From the NCBI GenBank assembly GCA_963716255.1, contig OY970303.1, positions 8,288,001 through 8,352,000 on the forward strand: a DNA stretch of 64,000 nucleotides. Reading direction: 5' to 3'. Numbering within the stretch: the first letter of the stretch is position 1; each line of letters starts with the position of its first letter. Positions 49,432-59,391 of this stretch are shown here, one piece after another. The notes beneath the pieces were generated by a model that ran no database searches, had not been told where the DNA came from, and was given only the letters and a program-made list of their open reading frames with translations. The position numbers and the translations under genes were made by a program. Origin of the DNA: an uncultured Gemmatimonadales bacterium (GTDB lineage: Bacteria; Gemmatimonadota; Gemmatimonadetes; Longimicrobiales; Longimicrobiaceae).

Positions 49432-50025
49432 ATGCTGTCCGACCTCAAGACCGCGACCGCTGGCCACCACGCGCGCGTCGAAGCGGCGATGCCTTCCCTG
49501 GACGAGATGGCCACGCCCGCCGGCTACGCGGCTTCCCTGCGCGCCCTGCACGCCTTTTACGCCGCCTGGGAGCCGGCGATCTGGCGCGACCCCGGCGTGG
49601 AGGCCGCGGGGCTCCTCCCGGCGCAGAGGCGCAAGCTGCCGCTGCTGGAGCGCGACCTGGCGGCGCTGGGCGTGGAGCCGTGCGCGCCCCCGGCGGCCGC
49701 CGCGGCGCCGGCCGACACCGCGGCGGCGCTCGGCGCGCTGTACGTGCTGGAGGGCGCGACGCTGGGCGGCCGGGTGATCCAGCGGCGCGTGGCCGGGGTG
49801 CTGGGGGTCACGCCCGAGCGCGGCGGCGCGTACTACCACGGGTACGGCGGCGACACCGGCGCGCGCTGGAAGGAGTTCGGCGAGGCGCTGGAGCGCTTCG
49901 CGGCGCGCACCGGCCGCGGGGACGGGCTCGTGTCGGGCGCGGTGGCCTGCTTCGCCGCGCTCGAGGCCTGGCTGGCCGTCCCGGGCGTCCTCGCCTCCCG
50001 TCCGCTCCACCGCCGCGCCTCGTGA
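49432..50025 (+). CDS. bphO: Biliverdin-producing heme oxygenase
   Basis: LKTATAGHHARVE, ALGALYVLEGATLGGRVI, W..F; stop overlaps the phytochrome start. Confidence 0.9.
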   Translation: MLSDLKTATAGHHARVEAAMPSLDEMATPAGYAASLRALHAFYAAWEPAIWRDPGVEAAGLLPAQRRKLPLLERDLAALGVEPCAPPAAAAAPADTAAALGALYVLEGATLGGRVIQRRVAGVLGVTPERGGAYYHGYGGDTGARWKEFGEALERFAARTGRGDGLVSGAVACFAALEAWLAVPGVLASRPLHRRAS

Positions 50026-52484
50026 ACGGCGCCGATTCGCTCCCGGCCCTGAGCCCGGACGCCGACGCGCCGGTGCCCTTCGTCCCGCCCGGCGAGCCGA
50101 TCGACCTCACCAACTGCGACCGCGAGCCCATCCACGTCCCCGGCGCGATCCAGCCGCACGGGGCGCTGCTGGCGCTGCGCGGGCCGTCGCTGGAGGTCGT
50201 GCAGGCGAGCGAGTCGGTGCGGGCGCACCTGGGCGTGGAGGCCCGGGAGCTCCTGGGCCTCCCGCTGGAGGCGGTGCTGGGCGCGGAGGCCGCGGCGCAG
50301 GTGCGCGCCCTGGCGGCGGGGCAGCAGGAGCGCGCGTTCGGGAGCGTCCGGGCGGCGCTTCCCGGCCGCGGCGAGGCGCGCTTCGACGTCACCCTGCACC
50401 ACGGCGACGGGCTCCTGGTCGTGGACCTGGAGCCGGCGAGCGGGGAGGAGGCGCTCACGCCGGAGCGGTTCCGCGGTGTGATGCGGGGCGTGGTCGAGCG
50501 GCTGGAGCGCGCCGAGACGCTGGCCCAGCTCGCGGACGGCATGGCCGAGGAGATGCGCGAGCTGACGGGCTTCGACCGGGTGTGGGTGTACCGCTTCCAC
50601 CCGGACTGGCACGGCGAGATCATCGGCGAGGCGCGCCGGAGCGACATCGAGACCTGGCTGGGGATGCACTACCCCGCCTCGGACATCCCGGCCCAGGCGC
50701 GCGCGCTCTTCCTGCGCAACTGGATCCGCTCCATCCCGGACCTGGGGTTCGTCCCCTCGCCGCTGGTGCCCGGCGACAACCCGGTCACGGGGAAGCCGCT
50801 GGACCTGGGCCGCTCGGCGCTGCGCAGCGTGTCGCCCATCCACGTGCAGTACCTGGCCAACATGGGCGTCACGGCCAGCCTGGTGATCTCGCTGATCCAC
50901 CGGGGGAAGCTGTGGGGGCTGATCTCCGGGCATCACTACACCGGCCCCAAGCGGATCTCCGCGGACGTGCGGACGCTGTGCGAGGTGCTGGCCCAGGCGC
51001 TCTCGCTGCAGGTGGGGACGGCCGACCGCCTGGACGAGCGGGACTACGCGCTGGAGGTGCGCGCGGCGCAGAGCCGGCTGCTCGCCCGGCTGGGGGACGA
51101 CGTGGGGCTGGAGCAGGTGCTGACCTCCGGCGAGGTGACCCTGCTGGACGTGGCCGCCGCCGGCGGCGCGACGGTCGTGCGCCAGGGCTCCACCTTCCGC
51201 GCGGGCGCCACCCCGGACGACGGCGAGCTGGACGCGCTGCTGGAGTGGCTGCGCGGCCGGCACGACGACGTGTTCGCCACCACCCGCCTCGCCGCCGAGT
51301 TCCCGCCCGCCTCCGCGTACGCGGAGGTCGCCGCCGGCCTCCTCGCGGTCCCCCTGTCGCGGGACCGGCGCGACTTCCTCCTGTGGTTCCGCGGCGAGCA
51401 GCGGCAGACCGTCCGCTGGGCGGGAGATCCGCGCAAGCCCGTGACGCTGGTTGCGGACGGCTCGGCGCGGCTCCACCCGCGCGGCAGCTTCGAGCTGTGG
51501 GAGGAGGAGGTGCGCGGCACCTCGTGCCCGTGGCGCGAGATCGAGCGCGAGGCCGCCCTGGACGTCCGGCGCGCCGTGCTGGACCTGCTCGTGCGCAAGG
51601 CCGAGGAGATCGCCCTGCTGAACGCCGAGCTGGAGATGGCGAACGAGCAGCTGGAGGAAACGGCGCTGGAGCTGGAGACGCAGGCGGAGGAGCTGCTGCA
51701 GCAGCGCGCGGAGCGGGAACAGATCCTCGCCGGGGAGCGGACCGTGCGCGCGGAGGCGGAGCGGGCCAACCGGGCCAAGGCCGACTTCCTGGCCGTGATG
51801 TCGCACGAGCTCCGCACCCCGCTCAACGCCATCGGCGGCTACGCGCAGCTCATCAGCATGGGGACGCGCGGCGCGGTCACCCCCGAGCAGCTCACCGACC
51901 TGGAGCGGATCGAGGTCAACCAGAGGCACCTGCTGGGGCTGATCAACAGCATCCTCAACTTCACCAAGCTGGAGGCGGGACAGATCGAGTTCGCCACGGA
52001 GCCGGTGCGCGTGCGCGACCTGCTGCTCGAGCTGGACGCCCTGGTGGGCCCGCAGATGCTCGCCCGCTCGCTGTCACTCGCCATCGCCGACGTCCCGGCC
52101 GGCGTGGCGGTGCTGGCGGACGGGTCCAAGCTGCGGCAGATCCTCCTGAACCTGCTCACCAACGCGCTCAAGTTCACGCCCCCGGGCGGCTCGGTGGAGG
52201 TGGGGTGCGAGGTGGAGGGCGGCCGGGTGCTCCTGAGCGTCCGCGACACCGGCCGCGGGATCCCCGCGACGCACCTGGAGAGCGTGTTCGAGCCCTTCGT
52301 GCAGGTGGACCGCCACGTGACGCCGCAGAACGACCAGGGCGTCGGCCTGGGGCTCGCCATCAGCCGGGAGCTGGCGCGGGCGATGGACGGCGACCTTCGC
52401 GCGGCAAGCGTGGTGGGGGAGGGTTCCGTCTTCACGCTGACGCTCCCGGCCGCGCCGGCCCTCCCTGACCCGCGGGCGCCGTAG
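50022..52484 (+). CDS. bphP: Bacteriophytochrome histidine kinase (PAS-GAF-PHY-HisKA-HATPase)
   Basis: DLTNCDREPIH.PGAIQPHG, YPASDIPAQAR, SVSPIHVQYL, HPRGSF, MSHELRTPLN, NLLTNALKF, DTGRG, GLGLAI. Confidence 0.95.
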   Translation: MNGADSLPALSPDADAPVPFVPPGEPIDLTNCDREPIHVPGAIQPHGALLALRGPSLEVVQASESVRAHLGVEARELLGLPLEAVLGAEAAAQVRALAAGQQERAFGSVRAALPGRGEARFDVTLHHGDGLLVVDLEPASGEEALTPERFRGVMRGVVERLERAETLAQLADGMAEEMRELTGFDRVWVYRFHPDWHGEIIGEARRSDIETWLGMHYPASDIPAQARALFLRNWIRSIPDLGFVPSPLVPGDNPVTGKPLDLGRSALRSVSPIHVQYLANMGVTASLVISLIHRGKLWGLISGHHYTGPKRISADVRTLCEVLAQALSLQVGTADRLDERDYALEVRAAQSRLLARLGDDVGLEQVLTSGEVTLLDVAAAGGATVVRQGSTFRAGATPDDGELDALLEWLRGRHDDVFATTRLAAEFPPASAYAEVAAGLLAVPLSRDRRDFLLWFRGEQRQTVRWAGDPRKPVTLVADGSARLHPRGSFELWEEEVRGTSCPWREIEREAALDVRRAVLDLLVRKAEEIALLNAELEMANEQLEETALELETQAEELLQQRAEREQILAGERTVRAEAERANRAKADFLAVMSHELRTPLNAIGGYAQLISMGTRGAVTPEQLTDLERIEVNQRHLLGLINSILNFTKLEAGQIEFATEPVRVRDLLLELDALVGPQMLARSLSLAIADVPAGVAVLADGSKLRQILLNLLTNALKFTPPGGSVEVGCEVEGGRVLLSVRDTGRGIPATHLESVFEPFVQVDRHVTPQNDQGVGLGLAISRELARAMDGDLRAASVVGEGSVFTLTLPAAPALPDPRAP

Positions 52485-52648
52485 CGGCCGCGGGCCGGCG
52501 CAGAGGCCGTCCGGGCTGAAGCGCACGCCGTCAAGAAGTAGCTCCCCCGCGACGCCACGTCCTGTCCGAAGGAGGCGGACGGCGGCCCCTGCTTGCAGCG
52601 TCCGGCCGCGGTGAAGGAGCAGCCACGCGAGCGGAGGGTGCGAACGGG

Positions 52649-53974
52649 ATGAGCGAGGTGGTGGTGATCGGGGCCGGCGTCGCGGGCCTCGCCGCGGCTC
52701 GCGAGCTGGCGGCGCACGGCGTGGCGGCGACGGTGCTGGAGGCGCGGGGGCGGATCGGCGGGCGCGTGCACACCGTGCACGACCCGGCCTCGCCCCTCCC
52801 GGTGGAGCTGGGGGCGGAGTTCATCGACGTCCCCGGCGCGGCGTGGGAGGCGATGCGGGCCGCGGGCGGAGCGGCGTACCGCAGCACGGGGGGAATGTGG
52901 GAGGTCCGCGCGGGGAGCGCCGTGCCGCTCGACCTGGGGGGCTCGGTCGAGCGGGTGCTGGGCCGGCTCGACCCACCGCCGAAGCGCGACCGGCCCTTCC
53001 GCGAATGGCTCGCGGAGCAGCGGGGCATCTCCGCGCACGACCGGGAGCTGGCGCTGCGCTACGTGGAGGGCTTCCACGCCGCGGAGCCGGACCGGGTGGG
53101 GGTGCGCTGGCTGGCGGAGACCACGGGGGAGGAGGGCGGCGGCGGGGGCGAGGTGCGCTTTCACCCGCTGGGCGGCTTCGGCCGGGTGGCGGAGGGGCTG
53201 CGGGGCGGGCTGGGACCGGGCTGCGAGCTGCGGCTGAACACCGTCGCCGCGGAGGTCCGCTGGGACGCGGACGGCGCCGAGGTGCGCTGCCGCTCGCGCC
53301 GGGGCGCGGAGCTGGAGCCGGTACGGGCGCGCCGCGCGCTGGTCACGCTCCCGCTGGGGGTGCTCCAGGCGCCGGAGGGCACCGCGGGCGCGGTGCGCTT
53401 CGTCCCCGAGGTCCCGGGGAAGGCGGAGGCCGCCGCCGCGCTGGCGATGGGGAGCGTGGTCAAGGTGGTGCTCCGCTTCAGGCGCCCGTTCTGGGAGGAG
53501 GCGCTGCGCTTCGGCGGGGGGGAGGACGGGCCGGGGACGCGCGAGGTGAAGTTCCTCATGGGCGACGGCGCGTTCCCCACCTGGTGGACGCCCTCGCCCG
53601 TGCAGGCCCCGCTCCTGACCGCGTGGGCCGGCGGCGGCGCGGCGCTGCGCGTCCTGGCCGGGGGCGACCCGGCGGGGACGGCGCTCGCCTCGCTGGCGGG
53701 GATGCTGGGGGTGGAGCGCGCCCGGGTGGAGGCGGAGCTGGAGGAGTGCCATTTCCACGACTGGCAGGCCGACCCCTTCGCGCGCGGGGCGTACAGCTAC
53801 GGCCCCGCGGGCGCGCTGGAGGCGCGGGCGGAACTGGGGCGGCCGACTGGGGACACGCTGTTCTTCGCCGGCGAGGCGACCGCAGCGGACGGGTGGAACG
53901 GGACCGTGGATGGGGCCATCGAGTCCGGGCGGCGGGCGGCGCGCGAGATCCTGGAGCGGAACCGGAGCGCATAG
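52649..53974 (+). CDS. Flavin-dependent amine oxidase family
   Basis: VIGAGVAGLAAA, EARGRIGGRV, ELGAEF, GAYSY, FFAGEAT, GTVDGAIESG.RAA. Confidence 0.9.
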   Translation: MSEVVVIGAGVAGLAAARELAAHGVAATVLEARGRIGGRVHTVHDPASPLPVELGAEFIDVPGAAWEAMRAAGGAAYRSTGGMWEVRAGSAVPLDLGGSVERVLGRLDPPPKRDRPFREWLAEQRGISAHDRELALRYVEGFHAAEPDRVGVRWLAETTGEEGGGGGEVRFHPLGGFGRVAEGLRGGLGPGCELRLNTVAAEVRWDADGAEVRCRSRRGAELEPVRARRALVTLPLGVLQAPEGTAGAVRFVPEVPGKAEAAAALAMGSVVKVVLRFRRPFWEEALRFGGGEDGPGTREVKFLMGDGAFPTWWTPSPVQAPLLTAWAGGGAALRVLAGGDPAGTALASLAGMLGVERARVEAELEECHFHDWQADPFARGAYSYGPAGALEARAELGRPTGDTLFFAGEATAADGWNGTVDGAIESGRRAAREILERNRSA

Positions 53975-54000
53975 CGAGCCCGGGAGCCGGCCCGGACGCG

Positions 54001-54039
54001 GCGAGCCCCCGGACAGGCCGTGGCCTGCCGGGGGCTCGC
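54001..54039. terminator. Hairpin between convergent genes
   Basis: GCGAGCCCC...CAGGCC GT GGCCTG...GGGGCTCGC imperfect inverted repeat. Confidence 0.45.
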
Positions 54040-54069
54040 GTTCGTTCGCAGCGCGCGGCCCGGCCCTCG

Positions 54070-54693
54070 TCAGCGCCGGCCCGCCACGGCGGGGGCCGGC
54101 AGCGCCTGCACCGGCTTCTCCTCGGCGTCGTGCTCCTCCACCCGGACGCGGTAGGCGTCGGGGAAGAGCGCCACGTGGTAGTGGGGCGGCTTCTCCTCCC
54201 GCGTCACGTCCAGCAGCTGCTTGCGCTCCATGGCGAGCAGGTTGTTCTCCAGCCAGCGGCGGCACGCGGCCTTCCGGCTCACCCGCAGGTCCATGGCGAT
54301 CCCCGCCGGGTGCACGGAAAGCGGGTGGGCGTTGGGAGGCTGGCGGTTCTTGGGGCGCGTGAGGCTGGTGACCACCAGCTGCTCGCGGCACGCCCTGTGG
54401 TAGCTGGCCGCGAAGCCCTCCAGGAACCCCTTGACCTCGGGCCGCGCCACCCGTCCCGCCACCCCCTCCACCACGTCGTAGTCGGCGTTTCCGTTCAGCG
54501 GCACCAGCTCGCCCCGCGCGGCCAGGCGCCGCAGCTCCTCGGCCGTGCGCACGAAGGGCAGCCCGTACTGCCGGGCGACCTCGTTCTGCCGGGCCATGGA
54601 CTCGGGCGAGCCGTCCAGCGTGACGGGCACGTCGCCGGCCGGCGCCATTGCGAGCGACGACGCCACGAGCGCCGCCGCGAAGACCTTTTTCAA
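54070..54693 (-). CDS. Secreted DUF5715-like / DD-peptidase (M15-like) fold protein
   Basis: Signal peptide; VVTSLTRP, SVHPAGIAMDLR, PPHYHVALFP (H-x6-D and HxH metal motifs). Confidence 0.7.
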   Translation of the reverse strand: MKKVFAAALVASSLAMAPAGDVPVTLDGSPESMARQNEVARQYGLPFVRTAEELRRLAARGELVPLNGNADYDVVEGVAGRVARPEVKGFLEGFAASYHRACREQLVVTSLTRPKNRQPPNAHPLSVHPAGIAMDLRVSRKAACRRWLENNLLAMERKQLLDVTREEKPPHYHVALFPDAYRVRVEEHDAEEKPVQALPAPAVAGRR

Positions 54694-54898
54694 CTCTTCT
54701 CCCTCCGGGTACCCCTGGGTGCACGGGCTCTCTCCGCCTCATCTACCAGGGCGAGGCGGAGCAGGTTCCTCCTTCCTGCCGCCGACCCAGCAAGGACCGT
54801 GCAGTCGCCGAGCGACGGCATCGACAGCGTGCGCTCCGGCGGGCCCCGGTGTTTGGGGTCGACCGGGGGGAGGGGCCCCCGCGGACGCCAGCGCCAAC

Positions 54899-55032
54899 CC
54901 CGCGTGAGGGATTTCGGCCCGAAGGGGCGAGACCCCGCGGGCAGTTTCGCGGGGGCTCGACTCCGTTACGCACGGTCGTTTCGTGCGTTACGGAGCCGAA
55001 GCCCGACCCCGGCGCCAGCCGGGGGCACGCCC
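54899..55032 (+). repeat. Dispersed structured repeat, copy 7 (type I)
   Basis: Consensus match; overlaps the 3' end of the 54966-56093 ORF. Confidence 0.95.
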
Positions 55033-56093
55033 GAACCCGCCGTCAAAGCAGTCAACACGCCCCCCGCCTCCTCCCCCGCGAGCGCCGCCTCCAGCCCCCA
55101 CTCGGCGTTGTACATCCGCTGCAGCTCCCGCACGCGGCGCACCACCTGCGCGTAGGCCACGTCCTCAGGAGTCGGGCGGTCGGAGCGCAGGCCGGGGCAG
55201 CGGGTCTCCACCGCCATGACCGAGCGCCAGCTGCACGTGTGGCCCAGCCCCATGGCGTGCATCAGCTCGTGCACGACGATGCCGGACGCGCCCGCGTCGG
55301 CGAGGATGCCGCTTCCCCTGAGCCGCACCTCGCCGAAGACGATGTCCTCTCCGTAGGCGCCGGTGGTGCCCAGCCCCGAGACCCGCAGCGACGGGTCGAT
55401 CAGGACGAAGATCAGGTCGCCGGGAACGCTGTCGCCCACGGAGGCCGAAGCGGAGTAGGGGGCGGGACGCACCAGGTCGGCGCCGAAGTCGCTCTCCAGC
55501 CCCTCCACGCTCCGCCAGAAGGACACGGAGTCGCGCGAGGTGATGGGGAGCGGCGAGAACTCGTGGTCGAAGACGACGCGCAGCGGAAAGAACGCTTCCG
55601 GCCAGGTGCGCACCCCGCCGCCGACGATGGTGCTCCGCTTCAGGAAGCCGGAGCAGCCGCGGCAGATGGGCTGGAAGGCGCGGCGCGGGCTGATCTCCAC
55701 CGTGGTTCCGGCGTAGCTCCCGCCGGGGATCGTCCAGGCGCGGGGGACCAGCACGAAGCCGTGCTCCCCCGGCACGTCGATCCGGGCAAGCCGCACGGCC
55801 GCGGGGTGGTAGCGACCGGCGGCCGGGTCCGCCTCGCGCGCGACCAGCTCCAGCGAGTCGTCGGCGAGGCCCGCCGGGAGCCGCAGGGCGTAGCTCCCCG
55901 CGGAGTCGGCCACGGTGGAGTCCGCCCAGGCGGCCCCGGTGACGACCACGCGCACGCCGGCGGCGCTCCCGCCGTCCGCGGCGAGCACCCTTCCCGTGAC
56001 CGCGCCGCCGCCGGACTGCGCGGGAGCGGGGGCGGCGAGGGCGATTCCGCAAAAGAGGGCAAGGCCGGCCGCCAGGCTCTGGAGACTGCGCAT
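54966..56093 (-). CDS. Secreted zinc metalloprotease (metzincin-like) with N-terminal carboxypeptidase-regulatory-like domain
   Basis: Signal peptide; VTGRV...DSAGSY; HELMHAMGLGH followed by an SVM Met-turn. Confidence 0.8.
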   Translation of the reverse strand: MRSLQSLAAGLALFCGIALAAPAPAQSGGGAVTGRVLAADGGSAAGVRVVVTGAAWADSTVADSAGSYALRLPAGLADDSLELVAREADPAAGRYHPAAVRLARIDVPGEHGFVLVPRAWTIPGGSYAGTTVEISPRRAFQPICRGCSGFLKRSTIVGGGVRTWPEAFFPLRVVFDHEFSPLPITSRDSVSFWRSVEGLESDFGADLVRPAPYSASASVGDSVPGDLIFVLIDPSLRVSGLGTTGAYGEDIVFGEVRLRGSGILADAGASGIVVHELMHAMGLGHTCSWRSVMAVETRCPGLRSDRPTPEDVAYAQVVRRVRELQRMYNAEWGLEAALAGEEAGGVLTALTAGSGVPPAGAGVGLRLRNARNDRA

Positions 56094-56276
56094 ATTCGTT
56101 TGAATCGCAATGGCTTGCGGGATATGCATACCGGGGCTGTACTCGTACACGCGTGTGCCGGTTTGGTTTGCGCCGGCGCCGTGGGAGGCGCGGCGGGGGC
56201 GGGTTGGCGGTGGGGCGGCCTTCGGCGTATCTTCAGGCGCTCACCCACCCGCGTCCGACCCCGTCCCCATTCGCCC

Positions 56277-57716
56277 ATGAAGACAGCATCGTTCGCCCGC
56301 GTCCTCGCCGTGGCCGCCGCCGTGGCCGCCGCCGCGCCCTGTGCGGCCGCGGCGCAGCAGACGCCCGCCGCGCCCGCCCGGCCGGCGCAGTCCGGCCCGC
56401 TCGCCGCTGCGTACCGTCAGCGCGCCGACAGCCTGATCGACCGGGCGCTGGCGGACAGCGCCGCCTTCCGCCGCCTCACCGTGCTGGTGGACCGCTTCGG
56501 CAACCGCTTCAGCGGCACCCAGAGCCTGGAGAGCGCCATCGACTGGGTGCTCGCCGAGATGCGGAAGGACGGGCTGGACAACGTGCGCGGCGAGCCGGTG
56601 ATGGTGCCGCGCTGGGTGCGCGGGCAGGAATCGGCGGAGATGGTGGCCCCGCGCCGCCAGAACCTTCCCATGCTGGGGCTGGGCGGGAGCATCGCCACGC
56701 CGCCGCAGGGGATCACCGCGGAGGTGCTGGTGGTGGGGAGCTTCGACGAGCTCACCCGACGCGCCGCCGAGGCGCGCGGGAAGATCGTGGTCTACGACGC
56801 GCCGTTCACCACCTACGGCGAGACGGTGCGCTACCGCACCAACGGCGCCATCGAGGCGGCCCGGGTGGGCGCCGTCGCCAGCCTGATCCGCTCGGTGACG
56901 CCCTTTTCCATGCGGACGCCGCACACCGGGAGCATGCGCTACGACACCGCCGTCGCCCGCATCCCGCACGCGGCGATCACGGTGGAGGACGCCATGATGC
57001 TGCACCGCCTGCAGGAGCAGGGCGTGCGCCCTCGCGTGACGCTGCGCATGAGCGCGCAGACGCTCCCCGACGTGCAGTCGCGCAACGTGGTGGCGGAGAT
57101 CCGCGGCCGCGAGCGCCCCGACGAGGTGGTGGTGCTGGGCGGCCACATCGACTCGTGGGACGTGGGCCAGGGCGCCATGGACGACGCCGGCGGGGTGGTG
57201 GCCGCGTGGGAGGCGGTGCGGCTGATGAAGGAGCTGGGGCTGCGCCCGCGCCGCACCGTGCGCGTGGTGGGGTGGACCAACGAGGAGAACGGCCTCCGCG
57301 GCGGCAACGGCTACCGCGACGCGCACCGCGCGCAGGTGCCCGGCCACGTGCTCGCCATGGAGTCGGACGGCGGCGTCTTCAAGCCGCTGGGCTTCGGCTT
57401 CGCGGGCACGGACTCGGCGTTCGCGACCGTGCGCCAGGTGGGGACACTGCTGGACCGCATCGGCGCGGGCAGCATCACGCGCGGCGGCGGCGGGGCGGAC
57501 ATCGGGCCCATCATGGCGCTGGGGGTGCCGGGGATGGGGCTGAACGTGGACGAGTCCCGGTACTTCTGGTACCACCACACCGAGGCGGACAACATCAGCA
57601 TGATCGACCCGCGCGAGCTCGCGGAGTGCGTGGCGACCATGGCCGTCATGGCGTACGTGATCGCGGACATGCCGGAGAGGCTTCCGTTCGGGGCGGGGCC
57701 GGCGCCTGCGAACTGA
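56277..57716 (+). CDS. M28 family peptidase (carboxypeptidase Q-like)
   Basis: Signal peptide; GGHIDSWDVGQGAMDDAGG, NEENGLRG, ESDGG, YHHTEAD. Confidence 0.92.
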   Translation: MKTASFARVLAVAAAVAAAAPCAAAAQQTPAAPARPAQSGPLAAAYRQRADSLIDRALADSAAFRRLTVLVDRFGNRFSGTQSLESAIDWVLAEMRKDGLDNVRGEPVMVPRWVRGQESAEMVAPRRQNLPMLGLGGSIATPPQGITAEVLVVGSFDELTRRAAEARGKIVVYDAPFTTYGETVRYRTNGAIEAARVGAVASLIRSVTPFSMRTPHTGSMRYDTAVARIPHAAITVEDAMMLHRLQEQGVRPRVTLRMSAQTLPDVQSRNVVAEIRGRERPDEVVVLGGHIDSWDVGQGAMDDAGGVVAAWEAVRLMKELGLRPRRTVRVVGWTNEENGLRGGNGYRDAHRAQVPGHVLAMESDGGVFKPLGFGFAGTDSAFATVRQVGTLLDRIGAGSITRGGGGADIGPIMALGVPGMGLNVDESRYFWYHHTEADNISMIDPRELAECVATMAVMAYVIADMPERLPFGAGPAPAN

Positions 57717-57738
57717 TACGGCTTTCGACGGCGGGGTT

Positions 57739-57870
57739 GGGCGTGCCCCCGGCTGGCGCCGGGGTCGGGCTTCGGCTCCGTAACGCACGAAACAACCGTG
57801 CGTAACGGAGTCGAGCCCGCGCAAACAGCCGCGCGGTCTCGCCCCTTCGGGCCGAAATCCCTCACGCGGG
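57739..57870 (-). repeat. Dispersed structured repeat, copy 8 (type I)
   Basis: Reverse-complement consensus match. Confidence 0.95.
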
Positions 57871-57874
57871 TTTC

Positions 57875-58016
57875 GCGCTGGCGTCCGCAAGAGGCCCCCA
57901 CCCGGCTCGCTTGGGCTCGCCACCCTCCCCCAATTCTGGGGGAGGGCTTTTTCGTGCCGTGCCGGCGTCGTTCTCCCCTTCTTCCCTTGTGGGAAGGGGG
58001 CAGGGGGGTGAGGGGT
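57875..58016. repeat. Second repeat family plus an oppositely oriented CCCTCACCCC-type unit
   Basis: 57875-57952 matches 34996-35071; 57972-58016 reads CCCCTCACCCCCCTGCCCCCTTCCCACAAGGGAAGAAGGGGAG on the minus strand. Confidence 0.8.
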
Positions 58017-58226
58017 AGCCCCACGCGCCACTCATCCTCCTCCCCCTGCGTCCGGACGTCCGTTCCTGTCGTGAACGACCTGCTGGCGCGCCGTCTGTTC
58101 CCCCGTAGAATTCGACGCTCCGCCCCGGGGACGCCCTCCGCGTCCGCGGAGGCTTCCCTCTCCTGACGGACTGCTGCGCGCTGCCCCGCCCGGGGCCGCC
58201 TTCCACCTCCTCCACGGAAAACCCAC

Positions 58227-59066
58227 ATGAGCATCATCGAGCGCTACACACCCGGCTCCTTCTCCTACGCCGAGCTGGTCACCACCGACGCTGCGGCGGC
58301 GCGGGCGTTCTACACCGGCCTCTTCGGGTGGGAGGTGGACGAGATCCCCATGGGGGAGAACGGGACCTACTCCATGTTCCGGCTCGGTGAGCACGTGGCG
58401 GCGGCCATGCACCAGATGGGGCCCGAGCAGGCGGCGGGGGTCCCGCCGCACTGGGGCTCGTACGTGACCGTCGCCGGCGTGGACGAGAGCGCCGCGCGCG
58501 CCGAGGAGCTGAGCGGAACGGTGCTCATGGCGCCCTTCGACGTGATGGACGCGGGACGGATGGCGGTGGTGCGGGACCCGGCTGGCGCGGTGTTCAGCCT
58601 GTGGGAGGCGCGCGCGCACGTGGGCTCGCAGGTGCGCGACGAGCCGGGCTCGGTCTGCTGGAACGAGCTGGCCACGCCCGACCCGATCCGCGCCGGCGGG
58701 TTCTACACCGCGCTGTTCGGCTGGACGACGCAGGTGAACGACATGGGCACCATGACGTACACCACCTTCCTGCGCGGCGAGGAAAGGGTGGCCGGGATGT
58801 ACGGAATCACGGAGGAAATGGAGGGCATGCCGCCCAGCTGGATGGTCTACTTCGCCGTGGAGGACTGCGACGCCAGCGCCGCCCGCGCCCAAGAGCTGGG
58901 CGCCCAGGTCCACGTGACGCCCGCCGACATCCCCGGCGTCGGCCGCTTCGCGATGATGGCCGACCCGCAGGGCGCGATGTTCTCCATCATCACGCTGCTG
59001 CCCATGTGGGACGCGGACACCGCGCCGGAAGCCGCCGCGGGCGAGGCGGAAGGCGCGCCGGCCTGA
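58227..59066 (+). CDS. VOC/glyoxalase family protein (two domains)
   Basis: Duplicated EL.T.D...A..FYT.LFGW...DP.GA.FS modules. Confidence 0.9.
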   Translation: MSIIERYTPGSFSYAELVTTDAAAARAFYTGLFGWEVDEIPMGENGTYSMFRLGEHVAAAMHQMGPEQAAGVPPHWGSYVTVAGVDESAARAEELSGTVLMAPFDVMDAGRMAVVRDPAGAVFSLWEARAHVGSQVRDEPGSVCWNELATPDPIRAGGFYTALFGWTTQVNDMGTMTYTTFLRGEERVAGMYGITEEMEGMPPSWMVYFAVEDCDASAARAQELGAQVHVTPADIPGVGRFAMMADPQGAMFSIITLLPMWDADTAPEAAAGEAEGAPA

Positions 59067-59080
59067 GGCACGCGCCGCAC

Positions 59081-59211
59081 CCCGCGTGAGGGATTTCGGC
59101 CCGAAGGGGCGAAACCCCGCGCAGTTTGCGGGGGCTCGACTCCGTTACGCACGGTTGTTTCGTGCGTTACGGAGCCGAAGCCCGACCCCGGCGCCAGCCG
59201 GGGGCACGCCC
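59081..59211 (+). repeat. Dispersed structured repeat, copy 9 (type I)
   Basis: Consensus match starting 15 bp after the VOC stop. Confidence 0.95.
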
Positions 59212-59391
59212 GAACCCGCCGTGAAGCAGTCCGGCAGTTCAACACGAGCCGACCCCCGAACCCAGGGGCCGGCTCGTTTTCCTTGCCTGCTGAACATCCG
59301 CCCAGCATCATTGTCCCGTCACGCACGACGAGACTGAACGGCCTTCACGAAGTTCGCCCTGTCCCCCCGAGACCAGGAGCGCAACCGCCCG

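Noticed and set aside
54648..56276. N-terminal half of the 1022-aa ORF as a peptidase fusion
   Set aside because: It crosses a repeat and is antisense to the metalloprotease. The real gene starts at the signal peptide at 56277.
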